This document shows, piece by piece, positions 8,366 through 15,736 of a stretch of DNA of 28,041 bases. Numbering within the stretch: position 1 is the first letter of the stretch; each line of letters starts with the position of its first letter. Where the stretch lies: positions 1-28,041 of IMG/VR virus record IMGVR_UViG_3300010376_000105, one strand, 5' to 3'. The notes beneath the pieces were generated by a model that worked only from the letters and a program-made list of their open reading frames with translations, was not told where the DNA came from and did no database searches. Made by a program: the position numbers and the translations under genes. Origin of the DNA: a virus. Its lineage: Duplodnaviria > Caudoviricetes.

Positions 8366-9256
8366 ATGGCGCAGTCTCAGGATTTTGCTCGGGGTCTCGC
8401 GGCAATGGCTGGCGTCAAGCGGCCCGAGCGCCCCGGTCCCGACCCGGACGAGCTAGAACCACAGCGAGACGATGACGTCCCGCTAGAACGTCCGGACGAT
8501 CAAACCGAAACCGAGACCGACCCAGACAGTATCGGCGGACGGTCCACCGTCTCGGAAGAGATAACCCGACTCCGGGAGAATCTCGCGGCGGAAGGTGCGC
8601 GCCGCGAGCAGATGCAGCGCGAAGTGGAATTCCTCGCGCGTGCATCGATGACGCAGCAGCAAGCGCAGCAAGCACCCGCCCCGGACCCCGTGCGCGAAGC
8701 GATGAACCTGTTTCGCATCGATCCGCACACGTGGAATCAGATGATCGCAGACCCCGAGCGCGGCGCGGAGCTGGCGACCAACGCGCTGCAGTCCGCCGTG
8801 CTCATCGGTTCCCAGCTCTCCCAGAATCAGCAGCAAGCGGTGCTGAGCCAGGTCGCTCAGCACATGCAGGCGCGCGACCAGCAAAACATCATCGCCCGCG
8901 AAGGCGAAGAGATGAAGCGCATGTTTTGGGAGCGGAATCAGAACCTGCTCCCTTACGAGCGGCTGGTGCGGCAATTCGCGTCCGAAGTCGCTGGCGAAGT
9001 GAACCAGGGACGCGGCTACACGTCGGAGCAAGTCCTGCACGAAATCGGCTCGCGGACTCGCGCAGAGCTGCGGGCCAATTACGGAGTCGAGATTGACGAC
9101 GGGACCGGCGGACGCCGGGCGCGCGTCTCTTCGATGACCGATGCGCGGCAACGGTTGCGCCCTGCCGCTGCGGAGATGGGGACCGGACTGGGCCGGCGCT
9201 CGGCGCCGCTGACGCCCGTTCAGAAATCGCTCTACCGGCTAGCGCGGCGGGGCTGA
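8366..9256 (+). CDS. Capsid scaffolding protein
   Basis: Acidic disordered N-terminus, coiled-coil centre, basic C-terminus; immediately upstream of the MCP. Confidence 0.75.
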   Translation: MAQSQDFARGLAAMAGVKRPERPGPDPDELEPQRDDDVPLERPDDQTETETDPDSIGGRSTVSEEITRLRENLAAEGARREQMQREVEFLARASMTQQQAQQAPAPDPVREAMNLFRIDPHTWNQMIADPERGAELATNALQSAVLIGSQLSQNQQQAVLSQVAQHMQARDQQNIIAREGEEMKRMFWERNQNLLPYERLVRQFASEVAGEVNQGRGYTSEQVLHEIGSRTRAELRANYGVEIDDGTGGRRARVSSMTDARQRLRPAAAEMGTGLGRRSAPLTPVQKSLYRLARRG

Positions 9257-9273
9257 GAGAGAGGGGATAGCCG

Positions 9274-10641
9274 ATGGCAATTCTGGGCATGTATGGCACC
9301 GGCAATTTCACGGATGACGAGCGTCCGAAGAATTGGCGCCAGGGAATCAATCTCGTTTTCCCGAACGGCGACACGCCGCTGACCGCCATCCTGAGCATGC
9401 TCCCGGACGAGCGGACCGACGATCCGGAGTTTCGCTGGTTCGAAAAGGGCATGCCGCTGCAGCGGGCGAACGTGAACGGTGCCAAGACGACCGACCCGCC
9501 CGCCATCGGGGACACGGTCGCGGCCGGCGCGGCGGACGATACCACCACGTATCTCCTGGTGGACGACCCGACCATCTTTTCTCCCGGTCAGGTGCTTATG
9601 AACGAGACCACGGAAGAGAATCTCCTGGTCATCTCCGTGAGCACCACGAATAGCTCAATCGCCGTCCGCCGGGACCACGGACACAAGATCGCCACAAACC
9701 CGGCGATTACCGGCGGCGCGTCGAGCGGCGCGGGAGACGGCACCGGCTCGGGAGACCCGATTCTGATTGTCGGGAACGGCTCGCCGGAAGGCGCCGACTC
9801 CAAGGACGCCGTCACGTATATGCCTTATCGGCATTTCAACTTCACGCAGATTTTCCGCAACAGCATGGAGTTTACCCGGACGGCGCTCCGGACCCGGACC
9901 CGCTACGACTCGTCCGGTCCGTACACGGAAGAGCAGCGCCAGTGCTACCAGCTCCATGCGCTCGATATCGAGCGGGCGATTCTTCTGGGTGAGCGCGCGG
10001 AAGTGACGTCCATTCCCGGCGGCGCAGGGAACTTGACCGGGACGTCCCAAGGGAAGCCACTCCGCACCACGCGGGGCGTTCTCAACTGGCTTCCGCCGGT
10101 CTCGACAGACCCGAACACGCCAGCGCTCAACTGGGACGTCGGGACCGCATTCGGCGGGACGCTCAACGAGCGGGCGGCGGACAACTGGTGCGAAAACGTG
10201 TTCCGCTACGGAGCGAGCGAAAAGCTGGTGCTCTGCGGGTCCACGTTCCTGAACGCTTGGAACCGGATGGCGAAGAATAAGTTTATGATTGAAGCCGTCC
10301 CGACAGACGAGACCTATGGGCTCAAGCTGACCCGGTACCTGACCCCATTCGGCTCGCTGCTCTTCAAGCAGCATCCCCTGCTCTCGATGGACCCGGTGCT
10401 GCGGAAGGACGGCTATGCGCTGGACGTCCAATTCTTGAAGCTCCGCATCCTGGACGATACCGATTTCAAGATGAACGTCCAGAATAACGGGGTCGATTCG
10501 AACAAGGACGAATTCATCACGGAGCTGGGGCTAGAGGTTCACTTCTCCGGTGCTGCCCCCTCGACAGCGGGCGGACTCCCCGGAACCGCCGGCCCTGGCG
10601 CACACGGACGCCTAAAGGGCGTCGCGGACTACACGCCATGA
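9274..10641 (+). CDS. Major capsid protein (HK97 fold, DUF5309/SU10-like)
   Basis: SD gagagggg; 'TPLTAIL...FRWFE...NFTQIFR...DIERAILLGER...TRGVL...YG..LTRY.TPFG.L...HP...E.GLEV' pattern with a beta-rich insertion after the E-loop. Confidence 0.85.
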   Translation: MAILGMYGTGNFTDDERPKNWRQGINLVFPNGDTPLTAILSMLPDERTDDPEFRWFEKGMPLQRANVNGAKTTDPPAIGDTVAAGAADDTTTYLLVDDPTIFSPGQVLMNETTEENLLVISVSTTNSSIAVRRDHGHKIATNPAITGGASSGAGDGTGSGDPILIVGNGSPEGADSKDAVTYMPYRHFNFTQIFRNSMEFTRTALRTRTRYDSSGPYTEEQRQCYQLHALDIERAILLGERAEVTSIPGGAGNLTGTSQGKPLRTTRGVLNWLPPVSTDPNTPALNWDVGTAFGGTLNERAADNWCENVFRYGASEKLVLCGSTFLNAWNRMAKNKFMIEAVPTDETYGLKLTRYLTPFGSLLFKQHPLLSMDPVLRKDGYALDVQFLKLRILDDTDFKMNVQNNGVDSNKDEFITELGLEVHFSGAAPSTAGGLPGTAGPGAHGRLKGVADYTP

Positions 10642-10829
10642 GTGCAACCGTCACGGACAAGAAGAGCGACATGGAGCGCTTCCTGTCGCGGACCGTGCAG
10701 CGGACGTGCGCCGACATTCCCAAGACGACCAAGGAAAAGCTCGGGAACTACGGGGCACAGGGCGGACCGGCAGTCCCCAGCGATGAGACGCGCTGGCGGG
10801 GTCAGCCGCCGCCGGGGAAGGTGCGGTGA
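10638..10829 (+). CDS. Hypothetical protein (63 aa)
   Basis: ATGA coupling to the MCP and TGATG coupling to the next gene. Confidence 0.55.
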   Translation: MSATVTDKKSDMERFLSRTVQRTCADIPKTTKEKLGNYGAQGGPAVPSDETRWRGQPPPGKVR

Positions 10830-11278
10830 TGGTGAAGCACACGCACACACAGGACGCGGAAGCCGACGCGCCCCCGCCGGAAGAGAAAGTTGGCGGACCG
10901 GAGCAGCTCGCCATCTCCCTGTCGCCAGACCAGAATCTGGGCGGGCTCAGATTCGGGGATCGCTTTGCGAAGGGCATGGGCTTCAAGGTGCTGGGCATCC
11001 GGGTGAGCCCGGCGGACTACACCGCAACCGGCGTCAAGCTCGCCACTATCCTCCCGCAAATCGGCTGGAAGAATGTCTATGCGCTGGTCGGAGTCTCGTG
11101 GGCGACCGCGCCGACAGGCACGCCGCAGACCTGGACTATCAAGCCCTTCCTCATGGTCTGGGACGCAATCAATCAGACGCTCCGGGCCTACAAGGGCAGC
11201 GCGGGTGCGCTGACCGAAATCGCGGGCGCCGATATCGCCGCGAATGACTTGGTCCGGGTCATCGTGGTGGGAGGGTGA
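10829..11278 (+). CDS. Beta-rich virion protein, possible capsid decoration protein
   Basis: Downstream of the MCP; 'YTATGVKL...WD....LRAY......EIAG.D.....VRVIV.G' pattern seen in phage head-associated proteins; function is inference. Confidence 0.55.
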   Translation: MVKHTHTQDAEADAPPPEEKVGGPEQLAISLSPDQNLGGLRFGDRFAKGMGFKVLGIRVSPADYTATGVKLATILPQIGWKNVYALVGVSWATAPTGTPQTWTIKPFLMVWDAINQTLRAYKGSAGALTEIAGADIAANDLVRVIVVGG

Positions 11279-11279
11279 G

Positions 11280-11420
11280 ATGCGACCGCCGAAACCGCAG
11301 CGTCCGAGCACGTCCAAGCCGCCGCTCAATCCGGCCAGCATGAAGTCGGGTTTCAAGGGTGGCGCCAAGTCGAAGCTCATAAGCTCCAAGCCGCCGAAGC
11401 TGGCGCCGAAAGGATACTGA
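11280..11420 (+). CDS. Short Lys/Pro-rich basic peptide (46 aa), not in the ORF track
   Basis: ATG 11280 after ggagggtg; MRPPKPQRPSTSKPPLNPASMKSGFKGGAKSKLISSKPPKLAPKGY; fills the gap between neighbouring genes. Confidence 0.55.
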   Translation: MRPPKPQRPSTSKPPLNPASMKSGFKGGAKSKLISSKPPKLAPKGY

Positions 11421-11422
11421 CC

Positions 11423-11611
11423 ATGCCGAAGATGGACGGCACCGGGGCGGACTCTCTTCCTCCCAAGGTGCAGGGCGCACAGGCGAACCAGGACAAGCGT
11501 GCCGAAGGTGGCGGGGACGACTGGACCAAGTCCAAGGGTGGATTCCATATCGAAGCCAGCCGCACGAAGCCGCTGGGCAGCGGCGGCGCGACCAAGTCCG
11601 ACGCGAAGTAG
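11423..11611 (+). CDS. Short Gly/Lys/Asp-rich hypothetical protein (62 aa)
   Basis: aagga SD upstream; tight packing with the previous gene. Confidence 0.55.
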   Translation: MPKMDGTGADSLPPKVQGAQANQDKRAEGGGDDWTKSKGGFHIEASRTKPLGSGGATKSDAK

Positions 11612-11620
11612 CGAGTAAGC

Positions 11621-11644
11621 CCACGAGCCTGCGACGGCTCGCGG
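11621..11644 (+). terminator. GC-rich hairpin after the head genes (possible weak terminator or processing site)
   Basis: cgagcc-tgcgac-ggctcg stem in an intergenic gap; no U-tract. Confidence 0.25.
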
Positions 11645-11655
11645 ACAGGTGAGCC

Positions 11656-12321
11656 GTGATTCTCGATGATATCCGGACACAGTTACGCGCGCATACCGTG
11701 CTCACGAGCACGGACCTGACCGACGCGCAACTGAATGAGTTTATCTGGACGACCATCGAACGGCTGCAGCAGACGGCTGACTGGCACTACCAGGAAAACA
11801 CGCTGCAGCTTCCCTTTCCGGCGAATAGCTACACGGGCGTCCCGCTCCCGAGCGATTTCGTGGTGGAGTCCGCCGTGTACCAATTCACGCCCCCGTCCAC
11901 GTCCGGTCCCGGCTACATCGTTCCGATAGGACGTCTGCCGGCCGGGCGCGTGGACTGGGCGGTCCAATCGACGCGGCAGGACCGCAACGAATCCTTCCCC
12001 GTGCCGCCCCCCGCTGGGCTCTCGTATTACATTTGGATGGGGCAGCTCTGGATTGTCCCGACGCAGTCCAACGATATTACCGTTCAGCTCGATTACTACT
12101 CCGACCCGGCGAATCCGACGCAGACCACGGACCAGACCGGCATGCTCGGCGTCTCGCCGCGTGCGGTGCTCTGGGGCTCGCTGCAGCTCACATACCTGTA
12201 CCTGCATGAAGTCGAGCTAGCGGCTGCGGTGGGGGAGATTTACAACCAGCTCCTGGACGCCGCATTCAAGCGCGAGCAGGGCCGGCGGATGGGCGCGAAG
12301 CAATACACGCGGACCCGGTGA
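11656..12321 (+). CDS. Head-tail adaptor / tail tubular protein A-like
   Basis: N-terminal helix 'LDDIRTQLR...LTDAQLNEFI', 'LPSDF', 'YYIW.GQLWIVP...VQLDYY', 'L.WGSL...YL' pattern; position after the head genes. Confidence 0.75.
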   Translation: MILDDIRTQLRAHTVLTSTDLTDAQLNEFIWTTIERLQQTADWHYQENTLQLPFPANSYTGVPLPSDFVVESAVYQFTPPSTSGPGYIVPIGRLPAGRVDWAVQSTRQDRNESFPVPPPAGLSYYIWMGQLWIVPTQSNDITVQLDYYSDPANPTQTTDQTGMLGVSPRAVLWGSLQLTYLYLHEVELAAAVGEIYNQLLDAAFKREQGRRMGAKQYTRTR

Positions 12322-13166
12322 TGCAGCGCATATATCCAGTCCAGGTGCGGTCTCAGCTCGAATTGTACGAGCGGGATATCCGCGCCGGTATCGATACGAT
12401 CCTGGCGAGCGCGCACAAGTATGGGCGGGACATTCGGACGCCAGACGAAATCTGGGACGAGCTGGTGGACCATATCGAGATAGCGCCGCACGGTCGGCTT
12501 TTCGTGGTCATCGAAGATGGCGCGCTCGTGGCATGGCTCGCCGCGAAAATCTACGTGGACGGGAAGCGACGAAATGGCTGCATCACATGGGCATGGGCGC
12601 GGACGGGCTGCACGGTCTCCGGGAAAGTCGTGGAGCAGGCAGAAGCGTATTTCCGGGAGCGGGACTGCCAGGCGTCCTATCTCGGGCGCTCGTTCCTTCA
12701 AGCGTCGTTCACTCGGCTTATGCGCCGATACGGATACGCAATGTCATCGGTGGTTTATGAAAAGCGACTGGACGGAGTGAGCTATGGCGGGACTGTCGGA
12801 CATTCTGGTCGGGAAAGCGGAATCGACCAAGCAGGGCGGGACGCAGAAGCAATTTCAACGGACGACGGCGCCCCCGCAGCAACAGCAGCTAGCGGACCTG
12901 CTCAACCGGGCGATGATCGGGCAAATGGCGAAGCCGCCGGAAACGGCAATCTCGACGCCGATGCAGCAAGCGGTGTCGAGCTACCAGCAGATGATGCCGG
13001 GCCTGCAGCAAGCAGCGTCGGGCTCGCTGGCGGCGCGACTGTCGGGACCGGCGCCGGGGTCGGGAGTAACGGGGACGGGCTCGGGGGGAGCGTCGCAGGA
13101 CTGGACCCCGGCAGCGGGAGCGAATCAGGCGGGACTGCAGACGAGAGAGCAGCTCGGGCTTCCTGA
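12321..13166 (+). CDS. GNAT-fold-like virion assembly protein (first ~150 aa) with a long disordered acidic tail overlapping the next gene
   Basis: TGATG coupling; 'LFVVIEDGALVAW...VEQAEAYFRERDC...RRYGY....VYEKRL' resembles the acetyltransferase-like genes that precede podovirus ejection genes. Confidence 0.6.
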   Translation: MQRIYPVQVRSQLELYERDIRAGIDTILASAHKYGRDIRTPDEIWDELVDHIEIAPHGRLFVVIEDGALVAWLAAKIYVDGKRRNGCITWAWARTGCTVSGKVVEQAEAYFRERDCQASYLGRSFLQASFTRLMRRYGYAMSSVVYEKRLDGVSYGGTVGHSGRESGIDQAGRDAEAISTDDGAPAATAASGPAQPGDDRANGEAAGNGNLDADAASGVELPADDAGPAASSVGLAGGATVGTGAGVGSNGDGLGGSVAGLDPGSGSESGGTADERAARAS

Positions 13167-13401
13167 CCGCTCGTCTTACTTCACGTTCATGCCGTCCGCG
13201 CAGCAAGTGGCGGATATCGGGCTCGCGCCCGTCCGTCCGGGTGGCGGACAGGAAGTCCAAAAGGCGTGGCAGGCTGGGCAGAAAGTGAAAGCGCAGCAAG
13301 CTGCCAAGGCAGTGCGGCAAAGCATGCCGAAGGGACCGGAACGCAAGCAGGCAGTGCAACAGGCCAAAATCAAAGCTCGGCAAGGCCCGAGCTACCTGTG
13401 A
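12784..13401 (+). CDS. Probable ejection (DNA pilot-like) protein 1
   Basis: SD ggag upstream; Q/G/A-rich; N-terminus MAGLSDILVGKAESTKQ...TTAPPQQ like DNA-transfer proteins; gene position. Confidence 0.6.
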   Translation: MAGLSDILVGKAESTKQGGTQKQFQRTTAPPQQQQLADLLNRAMIGQMAKPPETAISTPMQQAVSSYQQMMPGLQQAASGSLAARLSGPAPGSGVTGTGSGGASQDWTPAAGANQAGLQTREQLGLPDRSSYFTFMPSAQQVADIGLAPVRPGGGQEVQKAWQAGQKVKAQQAAKAVRQSMPKGPERKQAVQQAKIKARQGPSYL

Positions 13402-13409
13402 GGTAGGAC

Positions 13410-14159
13410 ATGCCCTGGTTCGCAGCATTGGCAGGAGGGGCAGCGGAAGGTGCTGCAGCGGGCGGCGCGGCGGCAGGAGCTGGCGCGGCGGGCGCGGGAG
13501 CGGCCGGCGCTGCGGGAGCTGGTGCGGCGGGTGCAGCGGAAGCGGCTGCGGCGGCGGAAGCCGCTGGGGCTGCGGGCGCGGGTGGCGCGACGGCGGCGGG
13601 GACGGCGGGTGGACTCGGCGCGAGCATGGCACCGGAAGCTGCAGGAGCGGCCGGGACGGGTGCTGCGTCGAGTCCCGCGCTCGCGGGTGCCAACGCGCTC
13701 GCAAGCGGCTCGCCGGAATACGCGAGCGGACTCGGCACGGGTGGGACCGGCGGATTCTCCGGAGCGACGGAGACCGGCGCCGGCTACTCCGGGATGAGTC
13801 AGCCCGGCATGGGAACCGCCATCACGCCGCAAGGGACGACCGTCAGCACCGTGAACCCGGCTGCGTCGCCAGGCTCAAGCTGGGGAGACATGGCGGGGCA
13901 AGCGTGGTCGAAGCTCAAGAGCGGCGCCAATCAGCTCATGCAGCTCCGAGATCCACACTGGGAGCAGGAAACGCCGACCGCGAAAATCGGGAGCATCATC
14001 CAGGGATTAGACCCGCAGAGTCATCCCGCGAAGAGTACGCCGTGGATGCAATTCGGACTGCCGGGTGGCGCGGGCATCCAATTCAACCCGCCGAACCGCC
14101 CGCAGCTAGACCCACAAGCACAGCAGCTTGCCATCATGCAAGCCTTCAACATGCAGTGA
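13410..14159 (+). CDS. Probable ejection protein 2, Ala/Gly-rich
   Basis: SD gaggtagga; ~100 aa of AGAAGA-type low complexity; gene position. Confidence 0.65.
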   Translation: MPWFAALAGGAAEGAAAGGAAAGAGAAGAGAAGAAGAGAAGAAEAAAAAEAAGAAGAGGATAAGTAGGLGASMAPEAAGAAGTGAASSPALAGANALASGSPEYASGLGTGGTGGFSGATETGAGYSGMSQPGMGTAITPQGTTVSTVNPAASPGSSWGDMAGQAWSKLKSGANQLMQLRDPHWEQETPTAKIGSIIQGLDPQSHPAKSTPWMQFGLPGGAGIQFNPPNRPQLDPQAQQLAIMQAFNMQ

Positions 14160-14166
14160 GGGTGCC

Positions 14167-14886
14167 ATGCCAGGACTCGGACTCGGCGCGGGACTGAACC
14201 GACGGCAACAAAACCGCTTCAATGCGGCGGCGCAGCAAGGGCAAGGGCAGCAATGGCTCGGGGCGCATCCGAACATTCAGCAGCGGACCGCCGGCAATCA
14301 GGCAGTCCAGAATTTCGCCAACACGGGACAGGTCGGAGCGAACGCTGCGCCACGGTTCCAGCCCGGCGGGGCACAGGCGCCGCAAGGCTCGGGTGCCACG
14401 GGCTCGCAGAAAGGTGGGGGTGGCGGCGGCGGGCAAGCAATGGCCGGCGGGGGCGGACAACCGCAGACGCCGCAACAGGGCTTAGGTCAGGCGCAAGCCG
14501 GTCTGCAGAATATGGGCACCGGGCAACAGGGTGGCTTTCAGCAGACGCCGCAGCAGGGCGGCTATAATCCACCGTGGGGACAACCCGGCTCGCAGCAGTG
14601 GAACAACTACCTGCAGGCTCAGGACCAGCAACAGAAAGCATGGATGGCTGCGAACCCCGGCATGGGCAATCCGTTCATGGCGACCACGACCATGCGGAAC
14701 ATGCCGCAAGCGGGACAGGCGGGACAGATGGGCGCGGGACTCGGGCAGATGGGCGCCATGCAAAATATGATGGGCGCGCAGATGGCGAACCAGGGTGCGG
14801 GCGGCGCGAATCCCGGCGCGCAGCAGCAGATGAACCCGCAGACGATGCAGGCGTTACTGCAGGCTCTGATGGGCGCGCAGAGGTAG
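14167..14886 (+). CDS. Probable ejection protein 3, Gln/Gly/Met/Asn-rich low-complexity (239 aa)
   Basis: Start re-called to ATG 14167 after gagggtg; almost no charged residues after the N-terminus. Confidence 0.65.
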   Translation: MPGLGLGAGLNRRQQNRFNAAAQQGQGQQWLGAHPNIQQRTAGNQAVQNFANTGQVGANAAPRFQPGGAQAPQGSGATGSQKGGGGGGGQAMAGGGGQPQTPQQGLGQAQAGLQNMGTGQQGGFQQTPQQGGYNPPWGQPGSQQWNNYLQAQDQQQKAWMAANPGMGNPFMATTTMRNMPQAGQAGQMGAGLGQMGAMQNMMGAQMANQGAGGANPGAQQQMNPQTMQALLQALMGAQR

Positions 14887-14890
14887 GGTC

Positions 14891-15736
14891 ATGGCAAAGG
14901 TCGCTGGTTCGCAGCCGCTGCAGCAGTGGCAAAAGCAAGGACTCCAGAAAGCCACGGCTGCGGGGAATCAGCAGCAATTCCTTACGAATCATCCCGGTGT
15001 CCAGAATCGGCTGAACTTCCTGCAGCAAGGGAACCCGCAGCAGCAGCAGCACGCGCAGACGCTGCTCTCACGTGGGGCGCCGGCTGCACCCGCCGCACCG
15101 CAAGGCTCGGGCGCGACAGGCGCGAACAAGCCCAGTGGTGGCGGGGGCGGACAGCCACCAGCGGCGGCGCCTGCAGCCCCGGCAGCACCGGCAGCGCCGG
15201 CAGCGCCCGCAGCGGACCCCACATTCTCGGGCGCGCTGACGTCGCAATTCGGGCAGGGCCAGCCGTTCAATCTCCAAAGCTGGTATGGCGATAACCCGCT
15301 CGAAACCGGCAAGGCTGCGGCGACCCAAAATCTCAACACGAATCTCGCGGATATCCGGAACCGCTTTGGTAGCATGGGGACAGCGAATTCCGCTCAGGAA
15401 GCGCTGGCGGAAGGGACGGCGACGGCGCAGATGAATACCCAGCTCGGACAGTACCTGTCCTCGCTCGGGCAGCAGTCCCGCGCCCAGGACGTTAACACCG
15501 CACTCAACGCCTTTCTCGGTGCCGGGCAGCAGCAGCTCCAGGGCCAGCAAAACCAGATTCAGGCGACGCAGGGACAGGGCCAGCTCGGGCAGCTCCTGAC
15601 CCAAGTGGGCGCGATGGAGCAGAATATCCCGAATGCGAACCTGATAGCGTCCATTCTCGGGCTCTACACACAGCAGCAGGGTCAGGGGAACATTCAACAG
15701 GTGCAGCAGACCAAGGGTGGATTCCTGGGGATGTAG
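14891..15736 (+). CDS. Probable ejection protein 4 (DNA-transfer protein-like)
   Basis: Q/A/G-rich, PAA repeats; 'NRFGSMGTANSAQEALAEG' and C-terminal GGFLGM typical of pilot proteins. Confidence 0.65.
   Translation: MAKVAGSQPLQQWQKQGLQKATAAGNQQQFLTNHPGVQNRLNFLQQGNPQQQQHAQTLLSRGAPAAPAAPQGSGATGANKPSGGGGGQPPAAAPAAPAAPAAPAAPAADPTFSGALTSQFGQGQPFNLQSWYGDNPLETGKAAATQNLNTNLADIRNRFGSMGTANSAQEALAEGTATAQMNTQLGQYLSSLGQQSRAQDVNTALNAFLGAGQQQLQGQQNQIQATQGQGQLGQLLTQVGAMEQNIPNANLIASILGLYTQQQGQGNIQQVQQTKGGFLGM

Noticed and set aside
10560-10830. Programmed frameshift extending the major capsid protein
   Set aside because: No slippery heptamer seen near the MCP stop; the downstream ORF has its own coupled ATG
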